The position numbers and the translations under genes are program-made. A DNA stretch of 48,177 bases. It comes from Planctomycetota bacterium (lineage in GTDB: Bacteria > Planctomycetota > UBA1135 > UBA2386). The DNA is taken from NCBI GenBank assembly GCA_040375075.1, contig JBEITC010000001.1:1-48177 (forward strand), given 5' to 3'. Below, piece after piece: positions 8,415 through 17,347 of the stretch (position 1 is the first letter of the stretch; every line of letters begins with the position of its first letter). The notes beneath the pieces are model-generated. The model worked only from the letters and a program-made list of their open reading frames with translations. It was not told where the DNA came from and ran no database searches.

Positions 8415-9340
8415 GCCCCTCCCTCCCGCACGGTGAACACCGCGGTCGGCGCTTCGATCGCCTCGCCGCGCGCGTCGAACGAAAAACGCAGCGGCTTGCT
8501 GACCTCGCACTCGATCGGCAACTGCTGTGGCGAGCCGAACTGATAGACGAACCAGCGCACCTCGTCGACCACGCCAGCGAACGCCGCGTCCGCCGGGGCG
8601 AACTCGAACGTCGCTTCGGGCTCCTGCTGCGGCGTGCCTTCGGCGACCGCGTCCCCGACTTCACGGCCATCGACCGACAGCCAGCAGCGGCGGGTGTCAC
8701 AGCCGAGTTCGATCGTGCACCAGCGGCCGCGCGGCAGCGGTTGCGCGGCGACGACGGCGATGAGCCGGTTGTCGTTGCTGCCGAGCGCTGCCATGCGCAG
8801 GCGCGCGCGCAGCTTGCCGTCGGCGTCGAGCGTCAACTCGATGCCGGGCGGCAGGCGCAGCAGCGTCGCCGGCCCGTCCGACGCGAGCAGCAGGTCGAAC
8901 CGCACGACGAAGCCCTCGCGCAGGTCGAGCAGCGATTGCGGCGCCGTCCACCGGACCGCCGCGCCCCGCCCGCCGGGCGCTACGCGCAGCGCGTGGCCGA
9001 AGCGGCCGTCGCGCGTCGCTTCGCCGCCGAGCGCTGGCCGCAGGCTGTCGTCCTCGTAGCCCTGGTTCGGCTCGAAGCGAAAGGCGACGACCGGCCGCAG
9101 CAGCCGCGACTGCACCGTCGCCGGACTCTCGTCGCCGCCCGGCCGCACCAGCACTTCGGTCGGCACGCCTTCGGCGCGCGCCGACAGCTGGGCCGCCCGC
9201 AGTTCGCCGCCGAGCGCGGCGTTGGCCACCATCGTCGGGTCGGTCTTGCCGAGGAAGCCGACGGACAAGCCGGTGAGGACCGACAGGATGGCGATCACCA
9301 CCAGCAGTTCGAACAGCGTGAATCCGGCGGTGGCGCGCAT
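8411..9340 (-). CDS. GspH-position pseudopilin fused to a LamG/concanavalin-like domain (309 aa)
   Basis: N-terminus MRATAGFTLFELLVVIAILSVLTGL is a class-III signal. The C-terminal two-thirds show a LamG-like pattern: DGRFGHALRV...GFVVRFDLL...RGRWCTIELGCD...WLSVDGREVG...FAGVVDEVRWFVY. Confidence 0.8.
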   Translation of the reverse strand: MRATAGFTLFELLVVIAILSVLTGLSVGFLGKTDPTMVANAALGGELRAAQLSARAEGVPTEVLVRPGGDESPATVQSRLLRPVVAFRFEPNQGYEDDSLRPALGGEATRDGRFGHALRVAPGGRGAAVRWTAPQSLLDLREGFVVRFDLLLASDGPATLLRLPPGIELTLDADGKLRARLRMAALGSNDNRLIAVVAAQPLPRGRWCTIELGCDTRRCWLSVDGREVGDAVAEGTPQQEPEATFEFAPADAAFAGVVDEVRWFVYQFGSPQQLPIECEVSKPLRFSFDARGEAIEAPTAVFTVREGGA

Positions 9341-9379
9341 CGTGGCGAGGGATCGGAAGCCAGTCTCGATTGGCCGGGC

Positions 9380-10015
9380 TCAGTTCGCCGGCCAGACGAT
9401 GTCGTCGTCGGTGCCGAATCGTTGGTCAGGGCCAGCGCTCAGGAGTTGGAACTTGCCGGCGCCATAGATGACGCCGTCGGGACGCCGACGCGTCTTGACC
9501 TGCGCGGTGTCGGACTCGGCGTCGGCCTTGACCACCTGCGCGCGCTCGAGGCCGAACTTGCCGAAGTAGGCGATCGGCGTGCGCCAGTGGTCGGTGATCT
9601 CGAGCCGGTCGCGGCGCTTGAGCAACGGCAGGTCGACGCCGTGGTCGTCCGCGTCGGTGTTGCTGAAGCGGTCCGCGAGGCTCGTCAGGTCGAGGCCGTC
9701 CTGCTGCGACTGGCTGAGGAAGCAGACCAGCGACTCGATGCCGGTGTTGACGCCGTTGTCGCCCTTCCACGTCGCCTTGGCGATGCCCTCCGGCGCCTTC
9801 AGGTCGTCCGGCGGGAAGATGCCGTGCTTGCGCTGGAAGCGCTGGATGCCGCCTTCGAGCATCTGCAGGTTGGTCTCGGTGGCGGCGGCGTTGGCGGCCT
9901 CGTTGGCGCCGAACACCTGTGGCAGCAGCACGGCGGCGAGCACGCCGAGGATCGAGATCACGATCAGCAACTCGATCAGGGTGAAGCCGCGCGCAGCGGC
10001 GGTCGGACGGGACAT
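9380..10015 (-). CDS. gspG: type II secretion major pseudopilin GspG-like (211 aa)
   Basis: MSRPTAAARGFTLIELLIVISILGVLAAVLLPQ is a canonical GspG/PulG-type N-terminus. The C-terminal LLSAGPDQRFGTDDDI matches the GspG calcium-loop-like ending (SxGPDG..GT.DDI). Confidence 0.85.
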   Translation of the reverse strand: MSRPTAAARGFTLIELLIVISILGVLAAVLLPQVFGANEAANAAATETNLQMLEGGIQRFQRKHGIFPPDDLKAPEGIAKATWKGDNGVNTGIESLVCFLSQSQQDGLDLTSLADRFSNTDADDHGVDLPLLKRRDRLEITDHWRTPIAYFGKFGLERAQVVKADAESDTAQVKTRRRPDGVIYGAGKFQLLSAGPDQRFGTDDDIVWPAN

Positions 10016-10016
10016 G

Positions 10017-12725
10017 TCAGCGCTCCTTGCGGCGTTCGAGCCGCCAGTCGTCGAAGGCGACGTCGACGTCGTCGCCCTTGTCGCCGAGCGCGAAGAGCAC
10101 CGTCTTCAGCTCGGAGTTGGTATTGCCGGTCAGCGCCTTCATGACGCGGCGGTGGACGACCGCGCCATTCCAGCTGACGACGAGCGCGAACTGCCGCGTC
10201 GCCGCATCGCCTTGCGGCACGAGGCGCAGTTCCAGGCTGGCCGCAGCGCCCGGCTGGAAACCAGGGATCGCGAGGTTCACCTGCTCGACCGCGGCTTCGC
10301 CGTTCTCACGGCCATCCTCGATGCGCAGGAAGGGCTTGCCTTCGCGCACGCCGACGCGGACCAGCACGTCCGTGCCCTGGTTGCCGCGCGGCACCTCGAT
10401 GCCGACGCCGTAGAAGCCGCGTGCGGAGGGCTGGCCAGCGCCGGCCTGCACCGTGGCGGACACGGCGAGGAAGTTGCGGCCCTTCTTGATCGCGCTGACG
10501 CGCTCGGCCCAGACCTGGCCTTGACCGGAGCGGCTGTACTTGCCGCGGAACGCCAACCGGCCGTCGACGATCTTGCCGCCGAGCGGGCCGTCGTCGTCGA
10601 CGGCCCAGACGCTGCCGACCTCGGCGCGGTCGAAGGAGTCGCCGAGCGATTCCTTCTGCGCATGGTCGTCGATCGCGTCGAGCGTCGCGGAGGCCCACTT
10701 CGACACCGGATCGTCCTTGCCGAGGTCCTGGGTCAGGCGCTGCAGCGCCATGGCGGCGTCGTCAACCTGACCGCGGCTGTAGTCGACGACCGCCAGGGCG
10801 CCCTTGCCGAACGCCTTGTTGCGCTCGTCGGCCGCTGCGTCGCGACCGGCGGCGAAGGCCGAGCTCGCGGCGCGCGGCTCGGCCGCGGCGAAGGCGATGA
10901 CGCCTTGCCACTCGAGCAGCTCCTGCGCCACCAGCGGCGCCAGCGCGACCGCGCGGTCGGCGTAGCGCAGCGCGGCGACGATGGCCGCCGCCTGCTCCTC
11001 GCCCACGCTCTCCCGCGCACGCGCGGCCTGCGCGGCCGCCATCTCGGCGACGGCGTGCACGAAGTCGTCGCGCATACGCAGCGCCCCTGACAGCGCCTCG
11101 ACCGCGGCGCCGAGCTGGCCCGAGAGGCGCAGCGCACGACCGCGCAGGTACTGCGCGAACACGTCGGTCGGATCCGCCTCGAGCGCGCGATCGAGCCAGC
11201 CGAGCGCCGTCTCGTACTGGCCGACGCGCAGGAACGCCCAGGCCACGCCGGTGGCGGCGCGGTGCCGCAGCAGCGGATCCTGGTCGAAGACGCGCAGGAA
11301 CAGGTCGTGCGCTTCCTGCAGCTTGTCGAGCCACGCGAGGCAGGCCGCCTGCCCGAGCTGCGCGGCTCCGAGGTCGCCGACGTTGGTCACGTTGCGGAAC
11401 GCGGCGAGCGCGGCGTTGGCGTCGCCGGCGGCGTACGCGATGCAGCCTTCGAGGTACTGCGTGCCGCCTTCCGTGCCTTGCGCCATCGGCAGCGCGGCGC
11501 GGGCGCCGGCGAGGTCGCCGATGGCGAGCCGGCACTGCACGATGATGCGGCCGACGCGCGCCTTGGCGACGGGATCCTGCACCGAGCCGATGGCCTGCTC
11601 GGCGCGCTGCGCGGCGCCAGCCGCTTCCTTGCTGCGACCGCGCTGGCGCAGGAACTCGGCGAGCGCCGCATGCGGCCGCGCGTCCGTCGGCTGCAGCTGC
11701 GCGGCCTGCCGCAGGTCTGCCTCGGCGTCGCGCCAGAGGCCGAGCCGCGCCTTGACGACGCCCAGGCCCTCGAAGCGGAAGGCGCCTTCACTGCCGTTCG
11801 CCGGCAGCTTGTCGAGCATCGCCAGTTCGGCGGCGAGGTCGCCCTGCATGCGCAGCACGCGCTGCATCAGCCGCAAGCCTTCGAGGTCGCCCTTGGACAA
11901 CTCGCGGTAGCGCTGCGCGTGGAAGAACGCCTTCTCGTACACCCAGCTGTGTTCGCGCGCGCGCTCGAGCAGCCAGTCGACCAGGCCGCGACGCTCGGGC
12001 AGGTGCGACGGCAGGTCCGGCACCTTGCGCTCGCGCCGAACGATCTCGTTGCGCAGCGTGTTGGCGAGGACCACGCGGTCGATCCGCAGCGGATCGCCGC
12101 CCAGCGTGATGACCTCGGCGAGGCGCTGGCGCGTCAGGTCGTACTTGCGCAGCTTGAGCGTGACGCCGGCGAAGTCCGTGCGCTCCTCGAGCGCGAAGAG
12201 GTCCAGGCCTTCGCCCTCGAGCACGCCGAACTGGGGCGCGGCAAGGCCACCGTAGTAGACGCGGTCGTAGGTCAGCGCGGCGCGCGCTTCCATGTCCGAG
12301 CGCGTCGACGGGGCCTGGCCGTCGCCGGCCTCCGCCGCGGGCGCTGCGGCCGGCGACTCGCCAGCGGCAGCGAGGGCGACGTCGGCCAGCACGCCACCGT
12401 CGGCGCGCAGCGTGTAGGCCTGGCGCGGATCCGGACCTGGATCGAGCGGCAACGCCGCGAGCGACAGCGGCGCATGCGGCGGGAAGTCGAGCGCGCGCGG
12501 CGGCAGCGACTTCGTCTCGCTCGGTTCGGTGCAGAAGTCGCGGCGCGCGGGCGCCGGCGCCGACGAGTCGACCAACGCCGGCACGGCGACCGTCGCGGCC
12601 TCGTACTCGGCGGCCTGCGGCGAGTAGCGGCGGAAGGCCGGCGGACCGCCGAGGTAGCCCTTGGCGACGAGGGCCACGACGACCAACGTCAGCACGGCGA
12701 GAACCTGTTCCTTGCGCATCGCCAT
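10017..12725 (-). CDS. membrane-anchored TPR-repeat protein with C-terminal concanavalin-like jelly-roll domain (902 aa)
   Basis: Frame 10017..12794 trimmed to MAMRKEQVLAVLTLVVVALVAKG. The ATG at 12725 shares a base with the upstream TGA. It has a single N-terminal TM helix and a long TPR-like helical-repeat region (e.g. GQYETALGWLDRALEADPTDVFAQYLRG). The C-terminal 200 aa (about nt 10020-10640) end in VDVAFDDWRLE, resembling DUF1080/LamG-type folds. Confidence 0.75.
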   Translation of the reverse strand: MAMRKEQVLAVLTLVVVALVAKGYLGGPPAFRRYSPQAAEYEAATVAVPALVDSSAPAPARRDFCTEPSETKSLPPRALDFPPHAPLSLAALPLDPGPDPRQAYTLRADGGVLADVALAAAGESPAAAPAAEAGDGQAPSTRSDMEARAALTYDRVYYGGLAAPQFGVLEGEGLDLFALEERTDFAGVTLKLRKYDLTRQRLAEVITLGGDPLRIDRVVLANTLRNEIVRRERKVPDLPSHLPERRGLVDWLLERAREHSWVYEKAFFHAQRYRELSKGDLEGLRLMQRVLRMQGDLAAELAMLDKLPANGSEGAFRFEGLGVVKARLGLWRDAEADLRQAAQLQPTDARPHAALAEFLRQRGRSKEAAGAAQRAEQAIGSVQDPVAKARVGRIIVQCRLAIGDLAGARAALPMAQGTEGGTQYLEGCIAYAAGDANAALAAFRNVTNVGDLGAAQLGQAACLAWLDKLQEAHDLFLRVFDQDPLLRHRAATGVAWAFLRVGQYETALGWLDRALEADPTDVFAQYLRGRALRLSGQLGAAVEALSGALRMRDDFVHAVAEMAAAQAARARESVGEEQAAAIVAALRYADRAVALAPLVAQELLEWQGVIAFAAAEPRAASSAFAAGRDAAADERNKAFGKGALAVVDYSRGQVDDAAMALQRLTQDLGKDDPVSKWASATLDAIDDHAQKESLGDSFDRAEVGSVWAVDDDGPLGGKIVDGRLAFRGKYSRSGQGQVWAERVSAIKKGRNFLAVSATVQAGAGQPSARGFYGVGIEVPRGNQGTDVLVRVGVREGKPFLRIEDGRENGEAAVEQVNLAIPGFQPGAAASLELRLVPQGDAATRQFALVVSWNGAVVHRRVMKALTGNTNSELKTVLFALGDKGDDVDVAFDDWRLERRKER

Positions 12726-13546
12726 CACTTGCCCTCCTGCTCGTCGGCCTTCGGCTTGAACGCGATGCCGACCGCCGTGCCCTTGATCGAGCACGGTTCA
12801 CCCGGCCGCGCCGGCTTCAGCATCTGCCACGACTCCAGCACGAGCGCCTGGCCCTGGGTCGATCCGCGCATCGCCTCGAGGAAGGCCAACGCGGTGGCCT
12901 CGTCGGACTGGAACTGGAACGACAACTGCTCTTGCGTGAAGAAGTCGCGGACGTCGATTTCGCCCTGCCGCGGCGCGCGCAGCGGCGAACGCTGGCTGCG
13001 GCGCGCGTCGAGCCGCAGCGCCAGGATGGCGCGCAACCCCACCGCCGCCTCGTCGCCGGCGCGCGTTGCGTCGTGCGCAGCGAACAGTCGTTGCTGGCAC
13101 GCGTCGATCAACTCGAGCCCGAACAGCGTCGCGCGGATCTCGTCGACGCCGGTCGGCACCTCCCACGCGATGCCACCATCGGCGACCTGCACGTCGCGCT
13201 GGTTCGCCGCCGTGAGGATCCGCTGCTTGAGGTCGCGGCTCTGCTGGAAGAGGAAGTCGCCCGGCCGGACGCCTTCCGGCAGCTGGAACCCGGCGCCAGG
13301 CACGTACTGCAATGCCGCGACGAGCGCGGCGCGCGCCTTGGCGAGCTCTTCGCCCTCGGTCCGGGCGGCGTCGAGCGCGGCCTGCGTGTAGACCGGCCCG
13401 GTCGGCGCGCCGAGGCTGCGCTCGGTCTGCAGCCGCACCGCGTGGACCGAATCGAAGATCGCGCTGACGACCAGCCAGCCGACGGCGCCGCAACCGGCAC
13501 CGAGCAGCCACTTCTTGTTCTCCTGAACGAACGCGCCGACGTCCAT
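12725..13546 (-). CDS. bitopic inner-membrane assembly protein in the PilO/GspM position (273 aa)
   Basis: Last 273 codons of ORF 12725..15145, starting MDVGAFVQENKKWLLGAGCGAVGWLVVSAIF (one TM helix). The ATG at 13546 shares a base with the PilM/N stop. The functional call rests on position and topology only. Confidence 0.55.
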   Translation of the reverse strand: MDVGAFVQENKKWLLGAGCGAVGWLVVSAIFDSVHAVRLQTERSLGAPTGPVYTQAALDAARTEGEELAKARAALVAALQYVPGAGFQLPEGVRPGDFLFQQSRDLKQRILTAANQRDVQVADGGIAWEVPTGVDEIRATLFGLELIDACQQRLFAAHDATRAGDEAAVGLRAILALRLDARRSQRSPLRAPRQGEIDVRDFFTQEQLSFQFQSDEATALAFLEAMRGSTQGQALVLESWQMLKPARPGEPCSIKGTAVGIAFKPKADEQEGK

Positions 13547-15165
13547 CACTTCGCCTCCTTGGCGAGCTCGACCGTGATGCGGAATCGCTCCGCCTTGTCC
13601 TGGCTGGCGATCGGCACCATCTGCGCCTCGAGGCCGGCCATGCCCGGGTCCGCCTGCATCGCTTGCTTGAACTTGAGGATGGCGCCGCTGGTCTGCACGC
13701 CATCGACCTCCTTGCCAGCGCCCTCGATGACGACGGCCGGCTTCTTGCGCACGCCGCCACCACCGCCGGCGGTCACTTCGACCTTCTCGATCCACAGCTG
13801 CGGCGGCAGGTGCGCGGCGACCGCCCGCTGGATCCGCAGCAGGCCGTGTTGCGCGAGCGACAGGCCGGCAAGGTGCTCGACCAGCGCGCGGTCGGCCTTG
13901 TTGGCGTCGATCTGCGCCGCCGCGTCGTTCTGGATGGTGGTCGCCGTGCCGATCTGGCGACGCAGTTGCTGGCCAGCGACCTCCGCCGCAGCGACGGCCT
14001 TGCCGCCGTGGACCCACTCGAGCGCCAACGCGCCGACCACGAGCGCGCCGGCGGCGATGTTCCAGATCGTGCGCTGTTGGAAGCGCTGCGCCTTGCGCAC
14101 CGCCTCCGGCAGGATCTCGAGCGCGTACAGCGACTCGTCGAGCCGACCGACCGCGAGACCGAGGGCCACGACGGCCTCCGCCCGGTTGGCCTGCAGCATC
14201 TCGGCGTCCGCCGGCGGCAGCGCCGACAGGTCGAGGTTGGCGAACGGATCGAACGCCTCGACCGGGCACCGCAGGGCTTCGCGCAGGAAGCCGCGCACGC
14301 CGCGCAGGTTGGCGCCGCCGCCGCTGAGCAGCACGCGGTCGACCTTCAGGTCCGCGATCTTCGTCTGGCTCTTGCAGAACGAGATCGACGACTGGATCGC
14401 GGAGCTGATCGCGCCCGCCGCCGACGTCGCCGCGAGCGCGACCTTCTCCGCCGGGCCGCCGCCGTGACGACCGCGGTTCTGCGGGTCGATGTCCAGCAGC
14501 TCCTTCTTGAGCGCTTCGGCCTTGCGCTCCGAGACGTTGAACGCCGACGCGATCGCGTCGTCGAAGACCTTGGCGCCCGCGCTGAGGTTGCGCGCGAACA
14601 ACAGGTCGGTGCCCTTGACGATGGCGAGGTCGATCGTCTGGTGGCCGATGTGCGCCAGCACGACGACGCTGTCGGCCTCGACCGGGCCGCACTTCAGGTA
14701 GGCGTTGTAGAGCGCCGTGCAGTTCGGGACGAACGCGGCGACCGCGCCGCCGGCGTCCTTGACCTGCTGCTGCAACCGGTCGAGCGCGTCGTCCTTGGCG
14801 AGCGCGAGCAGGATCGTGTCGACGCCCGACTCGGGGTCCTGGCTCGGCAGCAGGTTGTAGTCGGCGGAGAGCGCTCCGCCGGACTGCTGCGCGAGATCGG
14901 CGATCTCGAGGTCCATCAGGTTGCGCAGCTGCCAGTCCGGCGTCGGCGGCACCTGGCTGTAGCGCAGCATCATGTCGCGGCCGGTCACGCCGCAGACGAC
15001 GCCGGCGAGCGGCACGCCGGCATCGCGCAGGCTCGCTGGCTGGCCGTCCTCGCCGCGCGGGACGACCGAGAACCGCAGGATCTTCACGCCGTGCTTGTCG
15101 GCCGAGGCCACCAGCGTCTTCGCGCTGTGGCTGCCCAGGTCGCACGCAGTCGCTTTCTTCGCCAT
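13546..15165 (-). CDS. pilM: PilM-PilN fusion / GspL-like assembly protein (539 aa)
   Basis: The actin-like ATPase fold motifs of PilM are present: N-terminal CDLGSHSAKTLV and LLSGGGANLRG. A TM helix (IWNIAAGALVVGALALEWV) and a PilN-like coiled/periplasmic tail follow. Confidence 0.8.
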   Translation of the reverse strand: MAKKATACDLGSHSAKTLVASADKHGVKILRFSVVPRGEDGQPASLRDAGVPLAGVVCGVTGRDMMLRYSQVPPTPDWQLRNLMDLEIADLAQQSGGALSADYNLLPSQDPESGVDTILLALAKDDALDRLQQQVKDAGGAVAAFVPNCTALYNAYLKCGPVEADSVVVLAHIGHQTIDLAIVKGTDLLFARNLSAGAKVFDDAIASAFNVSERKAEALKKELLDIDPQNRGRHGGGPAEKVALAATSAAGAISSAIQSSISFCKSQTKIADLKVDRVLLSGGGANLRGVRGFLREALRCPVEAFDPFANLDLSALPPADAEMLQANRAEAVVALGLAVGRLDESLYALEILPEAVRKAQRFQQRTIWNIAAGALVVGALALEWVHGGKAVAAAEVAGQQLRRQIGTATTIQNDAAAQIDANKADRALVEHLAGLSLAQHGLLRIQRAVAAHLPPQLWIEKVEVTAGGGGGVRKKPAVVIEGAGKEVDGVQTSGAILKFKQAMQADPGMAGLEAQMVPIASQDKAERFRITVELAKEAK

Positions 15166-15187
15166 GGGTTTGGTTCCGTGCGCGCCG

Positions 15188-17134
15188 TCAGTTGCCGAGG
15201 TTCTTCTGGATGTAATCGCGGACGATGCGGCTCAAGCCGTCCTGCTGCGCGTCCGCGAATGCCTGCGCCAGCGCTTGCAGGCGCTGGCGCTGCTGCACCG
15301 CCGATTGCGCGTCGAACTCGGCGAGCTTGCCGCGGGCCGCGTCGCGCAGCGCCATGGTCGCCTTGGCGTCGCCGAGGTTGCGTTCGCCGTAGAGCGCGAC
15401 GACGTCCTCGACGCCCAGCGCCACGCGCTCGAAGCCGCCGCGCGTCGAGAAGAACGCCGCCTCGTCGAAGTCGCGTTGCAGGTCGCGCAGCGTCGCCGCC
15501 TGCGCCGCCATCGTCTCGGCCGCCAGCGCGAGCGCCTGGCCGAGCACCTCGGAGTCCATCGGCGCGCGCGTCGCGACTTCGCGGAGCTTGTCGAGCGCCT
15601 CGCCCGGACGCCCCTCGTCGCGCGCGCGGCGCGACTGCCGCACCAGCTCGGCGGCCTGCTGCCGCTCGGAGCGGAACAGCACGTCGACCTCGAACTCCGC
15701 GAGCCCAGGCACCGACAGCCGGTACCTGCCGCTGCCCGATCGCCCGACGCAATCGACCTCGCCGGCAAAACGCAGGTGCGCGCGCGTCAGGTCGTTGCCG
15801 AACAGCGCCGAGGCGCAACGGAAGCTGGAGGCCGCGGCGGTCGAGCTGTACACGCCGTCCGGCGTGCCGGTGACCAGCGCGCCTGCGGCGTCGGCCGGCA
15901 TGACGAACTGCAGGCCCGGCGCGTTGCCCGCGACGAAGCGGAAGCCGCGCTCGCCGGCGGTCGCGGCCAGCGTCGCACCGAGATCGCTCAGCACGAGCAG
16001 GTCGGCGCGATGCAGCCCCGCGAGTTCCGGCGGCGCCGGGTCGGGCAGGACCGCCAGGAGCACTGCGGGCGCGTCCTTGTCGACGGACCGCAGCGCGAGC
16101 GCTGCGCCGGTGCCGAACACGGTATGGCTGCCATCGGCCAGCTTGGCCTCGATCGGCGCGGCCGAACCCGCTTCGACGATGCTGCAGTCGTCGACGTAGG
16201 CGACCGCGTCGGCGGCCGGCAAGGTCGCGACCACTTCCAGCTGCAGGCGATCGCAACCGGTCGGCGCGGCCAGCACGAGTTCCAGTCGCGTCCAGCCGTC
16301 TGCGGTCGCCAGCTTGGTGCCGGTGCGGAAGGTGAACGGCGCCTGCTCGCTGGCCGAGAAGAACACCGCGCGCAGCGCGATGCTCGCGCCCGCTTCCGAG
16401 CGCACGTGCGCAGCCAGGGTGTAGGCGCGCTGCGGGAACACCGGCGTCGGTTCCTGGCTGCGCAAGACCGCGAAGTCCGCGGCCTCGGCGGCCTCGCCGC
16501 GGCGCGCTTCGAACGCGCCGGATCCCGTGTGGGCAACGCCGCAGAGCCCGAAGCCAGCGCCCGCCGGACGCAGCAACCAGCCATCGGTCGTCTCGCAGCT
16601 ACTCGCGCCCGCCGCCAGCTTGTCGCCGGCGATGGCCAGGACGGCCCGCGGACCCGCGCTGCCGCCACCGTCGCCGCCGGCCTGCTGCGCGCTTCCCAGC
16701 CAGAGATACCCGCCGACCGCGAGGCCGGCAGCGAGCGCGATCGCCAGCACGGCCGTCGAACGCGAACCCTTGCCCAAGCGGCTGCGGTCGATCGTGCGCA
16801 CCGCCAAATCGCCGGCGTCCGCACTCGCCACGGCGGCAGCGCCCTCGGCGCGGAATGCGACGCGCCAGCGGCCGAACGTCACCACGTCGCCCGGCGTCAA
16901 CACGATCTCGGTGACGCGCTTGCCGTCGAGGAACGTGCCGTTCGTCGAGCCGGTGTCGCGCAAGACGCAGCGTTCGCCTTCGAGAACGATCTCGGCGTGG
17001 CTGCCGGACGTCTTCTCGTCCGCGAGCACGACGTCGTTGCCCGGCTTGCGGCCGATGCGCAACGGATGGTCCGGGATCGCAACGACTTCGCCGGCTCGAT
17101 CCCCGTCGAGGATCTCGAGGACGTACTTGGCCAT
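15188..17134 (-). CDS. FHA-domain protein with TM helix and periplasmic CBM-like beta-sandwich (648 aa); first gene of the operon
   Basis: The N-terminal 95 aa match the FHA pattern (LRIGRKPGNDVVLADEKTSGSHAEI...LRDTGSTNGTFLDGKRV). A TM helix follows (AVLAIALAAGLAVGGYLWLG). The next block, WTRLELVLAAP...LQLEVV...AYVDDCSIVE, resembles CBM4/9-type sugar-binding modules. The C-terminal domain is helical. Confidence 0.85.
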   Translation of the reverse strand: MAKYVLEILDGDRAGEVVAIPDHPLRIGRKPGNDVVLADEKTSGSHAEIVLEGERCVLRDTGSTNGTFLDGKRVTEIVLTPGDVVTFGRWRVAFRAEGAAAVASADAGDLAVRTIDRSRLGKGSRSTAVLAIALAAGLAVGGYLWLGSAQQAGGDGGGSAGPRAVLAIAGDKLAAGASSCETTDGWLLRPAGAGFGLCGVAHTGSGAFEARRGEAAEAADFAVLRSQEPTPVFPQRAYTLAAHVRSEAGASIALRAVFFSASEQAPFTFRTGTKLATADGWTRLELVLAAPTGCDRLQLEVVATLPAADAVAYVDDCSIVEAGSAAPIEAKLADGSHTVFGTGAALALRSVDKDAPAVLLAVLPDPAPPELAGLHRADLLVLSDLGATLAATAGERGFRFVAGNAPGLQFVMPADAAGALVTGTPDGVYSSTAAASSFRCASALFGNDLTRAHLRFAGEVDCVGRSGSGRYRLSVPGLAEFEVDVLFRSERQQAAELVRQSRRARDEGRPGEALDKLREVATRAPMDSEVLGQALALAAETMAAQAATLRDLQRDFDEAAFFSTRGGFERVALGVEDVVALYGERNLGDAKATMALRDAARGKLAEFDAQSAVQQRQRLQALAQAFADAQQDGLSRIVRDYIQKNLGN

Positions 17135-17347
17135 CGGTGGGTTGAGGGGTCGGGCGGCGAGCGAGCCGCATCACGCGGTGCGCGCCGGCGGACTGCCGGC
17201 GCACCGGACGGGTCGGGGACGCGAGCCCGGCTCCGGATCAGCACAAACTAGCCCCGCGTCGATGCGCCGCAACCAAGCGTTGCCAAGACTTCTACGCCTC
17301 ATCGAGGTCGCCGCGTCGCGACGTCGCCGCTACAACCTGCCGCTGGG

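Noticed and set aside
31-17134. N-terminal extensions of several track ORFs: 31..1815, 1536..2075, 3210..8510, 10017..12794, 12725..15145. The same applies elsewhere to 18098..20380, 22253..25342, 30375..32684, 32897..37162, 37206..38534 and 38443..39930.
   Set aside because: The extensions are Arg-rich, precede an obvious signal peptide, class-III signal or conserved N-terminus, and overlap the preceding gene. Internal starts that create ATGA/TGATG junctions were preferred.
17182-17202. 8-bp GC hairpin (GCGCCGGC-GGACT-GCCGGCGC) in the 213-bp divergent region between the FHA gene and rsmE.
   Set aside because: GCGCCGGCGC-type palindromes recur in this window (e.g. 30334-30372). It is likely compositional, and no associated U tract or conserved box is visible.
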